A stretch of DNA of 64,000 nucleotides from Patescibacteria group bacterium (GTDB lineage Bacteria; Patescibacteriota; Microgenomatia; Levybacterales; UBA12049): positions 141,356 through 205,355 of the forward strand of contig JBBTTO010000002.1 in NCBI GenBank assembly GCA_038064195.1, given 5' to 3'. The notes under the pieces were generated by a model. The model was not told where the DNA came from. It worked only from the letters and a program-made list of their open reading frames with translations, and ran no database searches. This document shows, in pieces, positions 28,627-36,995 of the stretch; the stretch's first letter is position 1; every line of letters begins with the position of its first letter. The position numbers and the translations under genes were made by a program.

Positions 28627-30993
28627 ATGGATATAGGATCAACAACATCAATCATACAAGTAATTTTTGAAGTCGTTTTCGGAACGGTTTTTTTCGTTTT
28701 ATTCAGTATCGGATTCGGGTATATCTTTCTTATCTGGTTGCGGAACAAAAATCGTGAGAAAGAGTCTCTCAACTCTGTGTTGCTTCAGGTCTCACTTCCA
28801 CGGGACAATGAGATCAAAATCGATGCTGCCGAGCAGCTTTTTGCCGCGTTGGCTTCAGTCCGAAAGCATAAAAAACTGGACTTTTTTAAAGGCCAGCCGC
28901 ACATTTCCTTTGAAGTTGTCGGGATGCCCGGAGATATTCGTTTTTATGTCAATACTCCGGCGTATCTGCGCGACTTTGTTGAAAAGCAAATCAACGGAGC
29001 CTATCCGGATGCTGAAATAGTCTATGTCAGCGACCCCACGGCCAAGCAAAAAGAAAATGCTATTTTGGCCGGAGAATACAATATTTTTTCAGAGACAGGC
29101 AAGGTAGCCTTTGCTTCATTATCACTCAAATACAGTGATTACAAGCCGATCAGGGTTTTTAAAGATTTAGCAGTTGACGGGATGGGGTCAATTACCTCAA
29201 TTCTTGCCAAAATGAGTGAAGGGGAAGGGGCTGCTATTCAAATCCTCATTCAGCCGGCAAGCAGTAAGTGGAAGAAGATCGGACGCGATTTTCTCTCCAA
29301 AACCAAAAAAACCGAGGCAAATCCTGAGACTGCCAAGTATTCCTCAGATGCCAAGGAGATTGAGGCAATTGAGAGTAAGTTGAGTAAGCCCGGGTTTAAC
29401 GCAGTAGTGCGAATTGTCGTCTCCTCATCCTCCAAAGAAGCAGCCGAAGCGCATCTTTCAAACATGATTAATGCGTTCGGACAGTACGTAGGTTCCAACA
29501 TCTTTCATAAAAACAGACACTGGTTTAAGGGGCTTTTTGTCACAGATTTTATTTATCGCTACTTTCCGCTTCGCGGACAGACGTCAGTGCTGTCAAGTGA
29601 TGAATTGGCAACGATTTTTCATTTTCCTAACAAAGCTGTACAAACACCGGGTATTCACTGGGTTAATTCCAAACGCGCTCCGGCTCCGGCCAGTATTCCC
29701 TCAGAGGGACTTTACCTGGGGAGGAGTACATTTCGTGGTCTGAGTAAACCTGTCTTTATCGGTAAGTCAGATAGACAACGCCACATGTATATCATCGGTA
29801 AGACAGGTACGGGTAAGTCCGAATTCCTTAAGCAATCAATCATGCAGGATATCAAAAACGGTGAAGGGCTAGCCGTTATTGATCCTCACGGAGATCTTAT
29901 TGAGGATATCCTGATGCTGATGCCACCAGAGAGAGCCGAAGATGTCATTCTTTTTGACCCAGCCGACGTTGAGCAGCCGATGGGTTTTAATATGCTTGAG
30001 GCACATACGGAGCAGCAGCGACATTTGGTCGTTACCTCAGTTATCGGGCTCATGTATAAGCTTTTCGATCCCAATAAAACAGGTATTATCGGACCCCGTT
30101 TTGAACACGCAGTTCGTAACGCCATGCTGACATGTATGTATCAGCCGGGTGCGACTTTCATGGAGGTCGTTCGTGCCCTCACCGATCAGAATTTCGTACA
30201 GGAACTTCTGCCAAAAGTGGAGGATCCGGTTATCAGACGCTACTGGACAGACCAGATCGCCCAGACAAGTGATTTTCATAAATCAGAAGTGCTTGATTAT
30301 ATCGTCTCGAAATTCGGCCGTTTTGTAACTAACAAAATGATCAGAAATATTATCGGACAATCAGAAAGTGCCTTTAATTTCCGCGAGGCGATGGACACCA
30401 AGAAGATTCTGCTCATTAACCTCTCAAAAGGGAAAATAGGGGAGGAGAACTCAAGCTTTTTGGGACTTGTCCTGGTCCCCAAGATCCTGGTGGCTGCGAT
30501 GAGTAGGCAGGATATGCCGATGGAAGATCGTAAGGATTTCTTCCTCTATGTCGATGAGTTTCAGAACTTTGCTACTCCTGATTTTGCCCAAATTTTGTCT
30601 GAGGCTCGTAAATATCGCCTCAATCTGATTGTGGCCAATCAATTCGTCGGACAGATGGAGGAAGAGGTCAAAAACGCTATTTTTGGGAACGTCGGTACGA
30701 TTTGTTCTTTTCGTGTGGGTGTGACTGATGCAAATTATTTGGCGCATGAATTTCAACCCATCTTTGGTGAGGCGGATCTTATCAACATCGATCGTTTTAA
30801 CTGCTATATGCGAACAATTATCGGAGGAGAACCTGTGCCGCCGTTCTCACTTGATACCACAAAAGACATCGAAGCTGAGCAAAAGGCTAAGGACCCTCGC
30901 GTGGCGGCTTTGGTCAAAGAGCTTTCACGGCTTAAATACGGGCGTAATGTCCAGGTCGTTGAGGCAGAGATCAACCAACGCGCGAAGTTATAG
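28627..30993 (+). CDS. Membrane-anchored VirD4/TraG-like (FtsK-HerA superfamily) P-loop ATPase
   Basis: 788 aa; N-terminal TM pair (VIFEVVFGTVFFVLFSIGFGYIFLIWL); Walker A YIIGKTGTGKSEF; Walker B/TraG-D_C-like FLYVDEFQNFATPDFAQILSEARKYRLNLIVANQFVGQM. Confidence 0.8.
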   Translation: MDIGSTTSIIQVIFEVVFGTVFFVLFSIGFGYIFLIWLRNKNREKESLNSVLLQVSLPRDNEIKIDAAEQLFAALASVRKHKKLDFFKGQPHISFEVVGMPGDIRFYVNTPAYLRDFVEKQINGAYPDAEIVYVSDPTAKQKENAILAGEYNIFSETGKVAFASLSLKYSDYKPIRVFKDLAVDGMGSITSILAKMSEGEGAAIQILIQPASSKWKKIGRDFLSKTKKTEANPETAKYSSDAKEIEAIESKLSKPGFNAVVRIVVSSSSKEAAEAHLSNMINAFGQYVGSNIFHKNRHWFKGLFVTDFIYRYFPLRGQTSVLSSDELATIFHFPNKAVQTPGIHWVNSKRAPAPASIPSEGLYLGRSTFRGLSKPVFIGKSDRQRHMYIIGKTGTGKSEFLKQSIMQDIKNGEGLAVIDPHGDLIEDILMLMPPERAEDVILFDPADVEQPMGFNMLEAHTEQQRHLVVTSVIGLMYKLFDPNKTGIIGPRFEHAVRNAMLTCMYQPGATFMEVVRALTDQNFVQELLPKVEDPVIRRYWTDQIAQTSDFHKSEVLDYIVSKFGRFVTNKMIRNIIGQSESAFNFREAMDTKKILLINLSKGKIGEENSSFLGLVLVPKILVAAMSRQDMPMEDRKDFFLYVDEFQNFATPDFAQILSEARKYRLNLIVANQFVGQMEEEVKNAIFGNVGTICSFRVGVTDANYLAHEFQPIFGEADLINIDRFNCYMRTIIGGEPVPPFSLDTTKDIEAEQKAKDPRVAALVKELSRLKYGRNVQVVEAEINQRAKL

Positions 30994-31035
30994 ACTTCAT
31001 CTAGCCTCCTATTTCTGCTACAATCGCTATACTTT

Positions 31036-31107
31036 GGGTCTGTAGCTCAGTGGTAGAGCGCGTCTCTTATAAAGCCGATGTCGATGGTTCGATCCCATCC
31101 AGACCCA
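31036..31107 (+). tRNA. tRNA with anticodon UAU (Ile-type); no encoded CCA
   Basis: GGGTCTG-TA-GCTC-AGTGGTA-GAGC-G-CGTCT-CTTATAA-AGCCG-ATGTC-GATGG-TTCGATC-CCATC-CAGACCC-A cloverleaf; one U·C mismatch in the anticodon stem. Confidence 0.7.
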
Positions 31108-31110
31108 CTT

Positions 31111-31656
31111 ATGAAAACTCTTGATTTTGCCTTCCTAATCGGTAAATTAAAAAGAGTCCCCCGTACCGGTTGGATAGATCACAAAGTCCATGATCCGGAA
31201 AGTGTAGCGGAACATTCTTACCGTATGGCTCTTTTGGTAATGGTTCTTGCCCCAAAGCTTAATATTGACGTAACAAAAACAATGAAAATTGCCTTAATTC
31301 ACGACTTAGCTGAGGCAGAAATTGGTGATATCGTAACATTGCGTGGCACAAAAATTGTTGGTGACGTGATTGAGAAGAGAGCAAAAGAGGCAGAAGCGAT
31401 GCGGGGTATCGCTCAGATGCTTGAAATCAGCGAATTGGAGTCCCTTTTCAGAGAATACGGAGAACAGAGTAGCCCTGAAGCACGCATAGTCAAGCAATTA
31501 GATAGGCTTGAGATGCTTATCCAAGCTTATGAATATGAAACTGAACAAAAAATTGACCTGGAAGAATTCTTTATTGCCACAAGACCTGAGCTAGTAGGAA
31601 AAGAAATGGAAGGGCTTCTCCAAGAATTAGAGAAAAGACGAGAACAGAAGGATTAA
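31111..31656 (+). CDS. HD-domain phosphohydrolase (YfbR-like 5'-deoxynucleotidase)
   Basis: The track ORF (31078) starts inside the tRNA. ATG at 31111 gives MKTLDFAFLIGKLKRVPRTGWIDHKV..SVAEHS...HDLAEAEIGD (HD motif). Confidence 0.8.
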   Translation: MKTLDFAFLIGKLKRVPRTGWIDHKVHDPESVAEHSYRMALLVMVLAPKLNIDVTKTMKIALIHDLAEAEIGDIVTLRGTKIVGDVIEKRAKEAEAMRGIAQMLEISELESLFREYGEQSSPEARIVKQLDRLEMLIQAYEYETEQKIDLEEFFIATRPELVGKEMEGLLQELEKRREQKD

Positions 31657-32513
31657 AGCTCAGAGAGAGTAGAGGTGTCTTTAGCTCGTTCTTTAACGTA
31701 TTCCAAGTATCTTTCAGTAGTTGATATCCTTTTGTGTCCAAGAATTTTCGAAAGGAGTACTAAAGATACTCCATGCTTGAGGTGATGCGCCACAAAGGTA
31801 TGACGAAGGTCATTGACCTTGGCATTTTCAATCTCAGCGATACGGAAATAACGCTCGATTGCGGTACGAATGTTACGGACAAGGAAAGGCTTACCTGATT
31901 TGGTGATAAAGACGTGGTCATCTGTTACTTGCGGGCGGTTTTTAAGGTAGTTATGTAAGGCTTCTTTAGCCGGGCGATTGAGGGGGACCATGCGGGCTGC
32001 ATGTTTTTCGTAGGGGCGGATGCTCAATTCTTCTCCCTGGATATCTGAAAGGCGGAGCTCAGCCAGCTCGCCGATGCGAATACCTGTCTGAAGAAGGAGC
32101 TCAATGATAGCAAACATACGCGCGTCGTGGCGGGCTGCGTCGCGGAGTGCGCGATATTCTGTCGGTTTAAGGATACGGGGTGGAGCTAATTCATATCTTG
32201 GATGAGAGACAAGAAGGGACGGATCGTCAGTAATCATCTCATTAACTTTCAAAAACCTATAAAACGTACGTGTAGAGTTCAGTTTGCGGGAAAGAGACTT
32301 AGGCGTATAGCCTTTTTCTGACATTTTCGCGAGGAATGCCTGAAGATCATTAGACGTAACATCACCCACGTGATGCTTGTTCATCTCCTCGAGAAACGAA
32401 GCTAACTGCTCGATATCCTTGCCGTATGCTAGAATAGTGCTACTCGAATGTTTCTTTCCTTTAAGGAAATCTATAAATTTTTGGTGGGCATCAGTGATCT
32501 TTGTAGGTTGCAT
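31653..32513 (-). CDS. Tyrosine site-specific recombinase (XerC/XerD-like)
   Basis: 286 aa; C-terminal RHTFVAHHLKHGVSLVLLSKILGHKRISTTERYLEY (R-H-R-Y catalytic set). Confidence 0.85.
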   Translation of the reverse strand: MQPTKITDAHQKFIDFLKGKKHSSSTILAYGKDIEQLASFLEEMNKHHVGDVTSNDLQAFLAKMSEKGYTPKSLSRKLNSTRTFYRFLKVNEMITDDPSLLVSHPRYELAPPRILKPTEYRALRDAARHDARMFAIIELLLQTGIRIGELAELRLSDIQGEELSIRPYEKHAARMVPLNRPAKEALHNYLKNRPQVTDDHVFITKSGKPFLVRNIRTAIERYFRIAEIENAKVNDLRHTFVAHHLKHGVSLVLLSKILGHKRISTTERYLEYVKERAKDTSTLSEL

Positions 32514-32609
32514 AAGGATTGATTATCCCATAATATCAGCTGGTTTGCAAGTAGTCAAGAGACAAATACGAGGATCTATACATTCGTAAAGATTGAGGAC
32601 ACAACCTAA

Positions 32610-32972
32610 ATGAAGAAAATACTCTATTTGCTTATACTCATCATTTCCGTATTTATCAGCAATAATTTAATCCGTTCTACGCTTAATTTATGGCAAAAAA
32701 ATCATTTAGTGAGTGATGCCCAGCATGAACTGCAAAAGGAAAAAAATGACAATGAAAAACTCAAAGATCAATTAGCGCGGGTAAAAAGGCCTGATTTCGT
32801 TGAGGAAGAGGCAAGGGATAAGCTTTTTATGGTCAAACCGGGGGAGAAGATGGTTTTGGTTGGGGGTGGAGGAGGGTCAGTTCTAGGTGAACGAAAGCGT
32901 GCTCAGGAAATCTCCCTGCCAACCTGGAAGCAGTGGTGGAATATCTTTTTTGGAGATAATGAAGAGCAGTAA
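32610..32972 (+). CDS. Septum-formation initiator family protein (FtsB/DivIC-like)
   Basis: 120 aa; N-terminal TM, coiled-coil, FVEEEARDKLFMVKPGEKMV matching the DivIC/FtsB C-terminal motif. Confidence 0.65.
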   Translation: MKKILYLLILIISVFISNNLIRSTLNLWQKNHLVSDAQHELQKEKNDNEKLKDQLARVKRPDFVEEEARDKLFMVKPGEKMVLVGGGGGSVLGERKRAQEISLPTWKQWWNIFFGDNEEQ

Positions 32973-32992
32973 GGCAAAAATTAACAAAAAAA

Positions 32993-33016
32993 ACAGGTCT
33001 TAAGACCTGTTTTTTA
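32993..33016 (+). terminator. Rho-independent terminator
   Basis: ACAGGTC-ttaa-GACCTGT perfect hairpin followed by TTTTTAT. Confidence 0.6.
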
Positions 33017-33308
33017 TCTGTGTTGCGGGGCTACTATCGAAAATAGACTGCAAGATTATGAGCCTCGCGTGCACCTTACACTACCCCGCGCGCTTCACGT
33101 AGGACAAAACCTACGGTTTTTTCCTAACGATTTTCCCTAAGAGGTTGTGTTGTCGCTTATCCTCATGCGAGCGCGACGGCGCACAACTATTTATAAGGGG
33201 AAAAGAGGTGAAGTACATTATAACATTTGATTTAGCTACGGTCAAACTGGTATACTTGTGAGGCTAAATTCATCTCGGTGTCTTTAGTTCTTAATCAAAA
33301 AAAAGCCC

Positions 33309-33382
33309 GGCAGGGTAGCTCAGTCGGTTAGAGCACAGCATTCATAACGCTGAGGTCGTGGGTTCGATCCCCACTCCTGCTA
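33309..33382 (+). tRNA. tRNA-Met(CAU) (elongator Met or lysidine-Ile2 type; cannot be told apart from sequence)
   Basis: GGCAGGG-TA-GCTC-AGTCGGTTA-GAGC-A-CAGCA-TTCATAA-CGCTG-AGGTC-GTGGG-TTCGATC-CCCAC-TCCTGCT-A; anticodon CAT. Confidence 0.8.
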
Positions 33383-33392
33383 CTTAAAGTAT

Positions 33393-34151
33393 ATGACAGC
33401 CCAATCTCCTATAGGTATCCTCGATTCAGGAGTGGGTGGCTTGAGTGTGTGGCGAGAGATTGCCAGATTTTTGCCCCAGGAACAAACGCTCTATGTAGCT
33501 GACTCTGTCAACGCCCCCTATGGCAACAAATCAGAGGAAGAAATCTTCGATCTCGCCTCACGGGTTATTGAGTTTCTGCTTACTCAGCATGTTAAGCTCA
33601 TTGTAGCTGCGTGTAATACCATTACGGTGAGCTGTATTGACAGGCTGCGGCAAGCATACCCACAGATTGAAATCGTAGGCGTTGTACCTGCTATCAAAAC
33701 GGCAGTAGCTCTCAGTAAGCGCAAAAAAATCGGAGTTTTGGCCACCGAAAGAACTGCCAAAAGCTCGTATCAGCATGAGCTTATTAAGAAATTTGCCCGA
33801 AAATGCGAAGTCATAACTGTGGGCACCAATAAGTTTGTTCCCTTGATTGAGAGAGGGGAGGAGGGGCAAATTCGTGAGGTCTTACTCTCAGTTCTCAAGC
33901 CTTTTATAAAGCACGAGATTGATGTAGTCGTGCTTGGTTGTACGCATTATCCACTTATTGCTGATTTGATCCAGGAAGAATTAGGGAGGGAAGTGAGGCT
34001 CATTGACTCAGGTGAAGCGATCGCCAGGCGGGTAGAGGTCCTTCTTACAAAACACAAATTAAAATCTAAGCAAAAAGCAGGTGAAAATCGTTTTTTTACC
34101 ACAGGATCAGTTGAAAAAGCTGATCGTATATTGCATCGATTAGCCCGCTAA
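33393..34151 (+). CDS. murI: Glutamate racemase
   Basis: 252 aa; GILDSGVGGLSV..., VVLGCTHYP. Confidence 0.9.
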   Translation: MTAQSPIGILDSGVGGLSVWREIARFLPQEQTLYVADSVNAPYGNKSEEEIFDLASRVIEFLLTQHVKLIVAACNTITVSCIDRLRQAYPQIEIVGVVPAIKTAVALSKRKKIGVLATERTAKSSYQHELIKKFARKCEVITVGTNKFVPLIERGEEGQIREVLLSVLKPFIKHEIDVVVLGCTHYPLIADLIQEELGREVRLIDSGEAIARRVEVLLTKHKLKSKQKAGENRFFTTGSVEKADRILHRLAR

Positions 34152-34347
34152 ATAAAGAAAAAGAGGCCGGAGGATAGGAGAGTCCTATAATGAAAAAAGT
34201 ACGAAAGATAGAGTTTGATATAGTTATTTCACGGGGCAACGGCAGTTTTCACAGAATCAGCATATGACACTAGAGACTGCTAATTGTGGATAACTCAGCC
34301 TGTCGGCTGTCAGGCAAACTTGACGACAGATGAATTTATTAGTATGA

Positions 34348-35526
34348 TTGCTTATGGACCAACACATTTTCCCCCAGGCTCTTACTTTCGATGATGTCCT
34401 TCTCCTCCCCGGTTACAGTGAATTTTCACGAGGCGAGATCACACTCTCTGCCTCACTCACCCGGTCAATACGTCTTGACTCCCCTTTTGTATCAAGTCCG
34501 ATGGATACGGTGACAGAGTCAGGCTTGGCCATAGCTTTGGCTGAATTTGGCGGAATTGGCATCATTCATCGCAATTTGAGTGTCCCCGATCAAGCTACCG
34601 AGGTAGCGAAAGTCAAGGCTAAAAAACTGCTTGTCGGAGCGGCAGTGGGCGCCAACAAAGGCTTTGAGGAGCGTGTTGAGGCCTTGGTTAAAGCCAAAGT
34701 GGATGTCATCGTCATAGATTCAGCTCACGGCTATTCTGAGCCTATTCTATCTGCTCTCAAGCATATTAAGTCCCACTTCCCTGCTCTTCAGGTTATTGCC
34801 GGGAATATTGCCACCTTTGACGGTGCCAAAGCTCTTATTGAGGCAGGAGCTGACGGGTTGCGTGTCGGGATGGGACCGGGCGCTATATGTACCACTCGAG
34901 TAATCTCAGGTATGGGAGTGCCACAGGTGACGGCTTTACTTGAGACAGTCAGGGCAGCCAAGCCCCAGGGTATTCCGGTCATAGCTGACGGTGGTATTAA
35001 ATACTCAGGCGATATGGTGAAGGCTTTAGCAACGGGAGCAAGTACTGTCATGATGGGTTCGTTTTTTGCCTCAGCTTTGGAGTCTCCCGGTAAAGTCCAT
35101 GAACTCCTCCCGGATGAAGTTCCGTCTCGTTTTAAGAGTATTGCTACCTGCGGAGGAAAATGTGAAACACTTGAAATTCACGCCCAAAAACACGTTTATA
35201 AGTTTAAAGAGTATCGGGGTATGGGGTCAATTGCCGCTATGCAGAAAGGTGCTGCCATAAAGTCTGAAGGAGAATTCCATGGTAAAAGCTATAAAGATCG
35301 GGTCTTAGTCGCTGAAGGCGTAGAAGGACTTGTACCTGTTAAAGGGACGGTTAAAGAGCTGGTGGATCAATCTGTGGGTGGTATTAAATCAGGGATGTAT
35401 TATGTCGGCGCTAAAACAATTGAGGAGTTATGGGAGAAAGCACAATTTATGCAGATTACCCATGCCTCATTGACAGAATCTCACCCGCATGATATTTTGA
35501 TCACGAATCCGGGGGAAAATTATTAA
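34348..35526 (+). CDS. IMP dehydrogenase family protein lacking the CBS subdomain (GuaB-like)
   Basis: 392 aa; [16 protein letters not shown]-terminus, catalytic-loop [24 protein letters not shown] short linker replaces the CBS pair. Confidence 0.85.
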   Translation: MLMDQHIFPQALTFDDVLLLPGYSEFSRGEITLSASLTRSIRLDSPFVSSPMDTVTESGLAIALAEFGGIGIIHRNLSVPDQATEVAKVKAKKLLVGAAVGANKGFEERVEALVKAKVDVIVIDSAHGYSEPILSALKHIKSHFPALQVIAGNIATFDGAKALIEAGADGLRVGMGPGAICTTRVISGMGVPQVTALLETVRAAKPQGIPVIADGGIKYSGDMVKALATGASTVMMGSFFASALESPGKVHELLPDEVPSRFKSIATCGGKCETLEIHAQKHVYKFKEYRGMGSIAAMQKGAAIKSEGEFHGKSYKDRVLVAEGVEGLVPVKGTVKELVDQSVGGIKSGMYYVGAKTIEELWEKAQFMQITHASLTESHPHDILITNPGENY

Positions 35527-35528
35527 AT

Positions 35529-35936
35529 ATGCCAGAGAGAAAAGGAAGAATTGTTGTCAACCCACGAATCCTTGATCGTGAGGAACGTGAGGATCGTAGG
35601 GATGGTATGTCAACAGCGTCAATGGAGGATGCCCGAAGAGCTATTGCTCGTGGCGCAGCAAGGTTACGAGCTGCGATAGATGCACGAGAGGAGGAAGATA
35701 TGCAATTAGGCCCAATAGAAGATGGGCCGCGATATCCGGTGATTGCTTATTCCCAAGTACCAGAAGATGGGAGCGATGTAGGTCAGGCAGGGCAAGATTT
35801 TGATAAAAACGCAGAAGAGGTGCTCAGGATTGGCTATCAGCGACTTGACGCAGCAGGAGATGATCGAGCAGTACGAGCAAGAAGAATAAGGGCACGTCAT
35901 GTTCCTATGTACCCAAAAGTTGTGATCAATGCTTAA
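35529..35936 (+). CDS. Arg/Asp/Glu-rich hypothetical protein
   Basis: 135 aa, starts 2 nt after guaB-like stop; highly charged, no recognisable domain; may be spurious. Confidence 0.35.
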   Translation: MPERKGRIVVNPRILDREEREDRRDGMSTASMEDARRAIARGAARLRAAIDAREEEDMQLGPIEDGPRYPVIAYSQVPEDGSDVGQAGQDFDKNAEEVLRIGYQRLDAAGDDRAVRARRIRARHVPMYPKVVINA

Positions 35937-36952
35937 AGATAAGCTTCTAGGCCTTTGCCGGGGATAAAACTACTCGCAAAGGCAATCTCATTGCATCGTT
36001 TAAGTTCTTCAACTGTCAGCATCTTTTTTTCAAGGAGATAGTGAAACTGTCGACGAAGTTGCGCGTTTTCAATCATCTCAGGCCAATCCGTATTGATCGT
36101 AAATCGCACGTTATTTTCCATCAGTGTTTTGAGGATAAAGGCCAGCTCCTCATCATTTTCAACAGCTTTAGTCATAATATTTGATAGCGGACAGACTTCA
36201 AGTACTGTGCCACGTTTAACCAACTCCTTCATGAGTTTTTTATCATACGCAGCATAGATTCCATGCCCAATTCGTTTTGGTGACACAAACTCAAGTGCTT
36301 CCCACATATCATTTGCTTCTCTCACTTCCCCGCTGTGAGCTGTTATGTGAAGGCCTGCTTTTCTGGCTTTGTCTACAAGTTTTGCGTAGTCTTTGTAATG
36401 GAATGTGGAGGTTGCCCTTCCGGCAAAATCAATACCCACCACTCCCCTTTTGTGATATTTGATAGCCTTTTCAATGATAATACTGTTTTGTTCCAGGGTA
36501 AATTCGCGGGCGAGACAGAATATAAGTCCGACTGAGAGCTTGGGGTACTCAAGTAAGGCTCTTTCCATACCTCTGAGCATAGCCATGATGATATGATCAA
36601 GGTCCACAGTCCCGGCATGGTTATGTTTCATGGGATTATTACGCAGTTCAATAAGGGTAGTGTTATTGGAACGGTACGCTCCTCCGAGAATTTCGTAGGT
36701 TGCTCTCTCAACTGCCAGTGTGCCTGACGAAAGCGGGTCAAGAATTGGGTCATATACTTGATCAAAATAATCATTAAGTGAGAGCTTGTTCTGAGGGGAC
36801 AGCCTAACAAATGATTTGAACTCATGATATTCCCGCTTTGGTAATTTAAATCCCTGATCGTGGGCAATCTGCCAGTAAATGGAGGGATGGATTGAGGCGC
36901 TGAGGTGAGCGTGGAGTTCGGCGAGAGGAAATTGTGGGAACATGTCTGCCAT
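35933..36952 (-). CDS. Adenosine/adenine deaminase family metal-dependent hydrolase
   Basis: The track ORF extends to 37069 from a GTG start. The likely start is MADMFPQFPLAELHAHLSAS. Motifs RIGHGIY, VCPLSN, TINTDWP. Confidence 0.8.
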   Translation of the reverse strand: MADMFPQFPLAELHAHLSASIHPSIYWQIAHDQGFKLPKREYHEFKSFVRLSPQNKLSLNDYFDQVYDPILDPLSSGTLAVERATYEILGGAYRSNNTTLIELRNNPMKHNHAGTVDLDHIIMAMLRGMERALLEYPKLSVGLIFCLAREFTLEQNSIIIEKAIKYHKRGVVGIDFAGRATSTFHYKDYAKLVDKARKAGLHITAHSGEVREANDMWEALEFVSPKRIGHGIYAAYDKKLMKELVKRGTVLEVCPLSNIMTKAVENDEELAFILKTLMENNVRFTINTDWPEMIENAQLRRQFHYLLEKKMLTVEELKRCNEIAFASSFIPGKGLEAYL

Positions 36953-36995
36953 AGTTGATTGTAGCATATAGGTGGTATTTCGTATATAATAAACT

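Noticed and set aside
31036-33382. Integrative mobile element bounded by the two tRNAs (tRNA + tyrosine recombinase)
   Set aside because: The genes between and beyond the tRNAs are housekeeping (HD hydrolase, divIC-like, murI, guaB/guaA). The recombinase is Xer-sized (286 aa). No direct repeat of a tRNA 3' end was seen by eye. Kept only as a low-interest note.
34152-34347. 24-aa ORF (MKKVRKIEFDIVISRGNGSFHRISI) with AGGAG RBS upstream of the guaB-like gene as a leader peptide
   Set aside because: It is too short, with no conservation evidence. It is noted only as a possibility.
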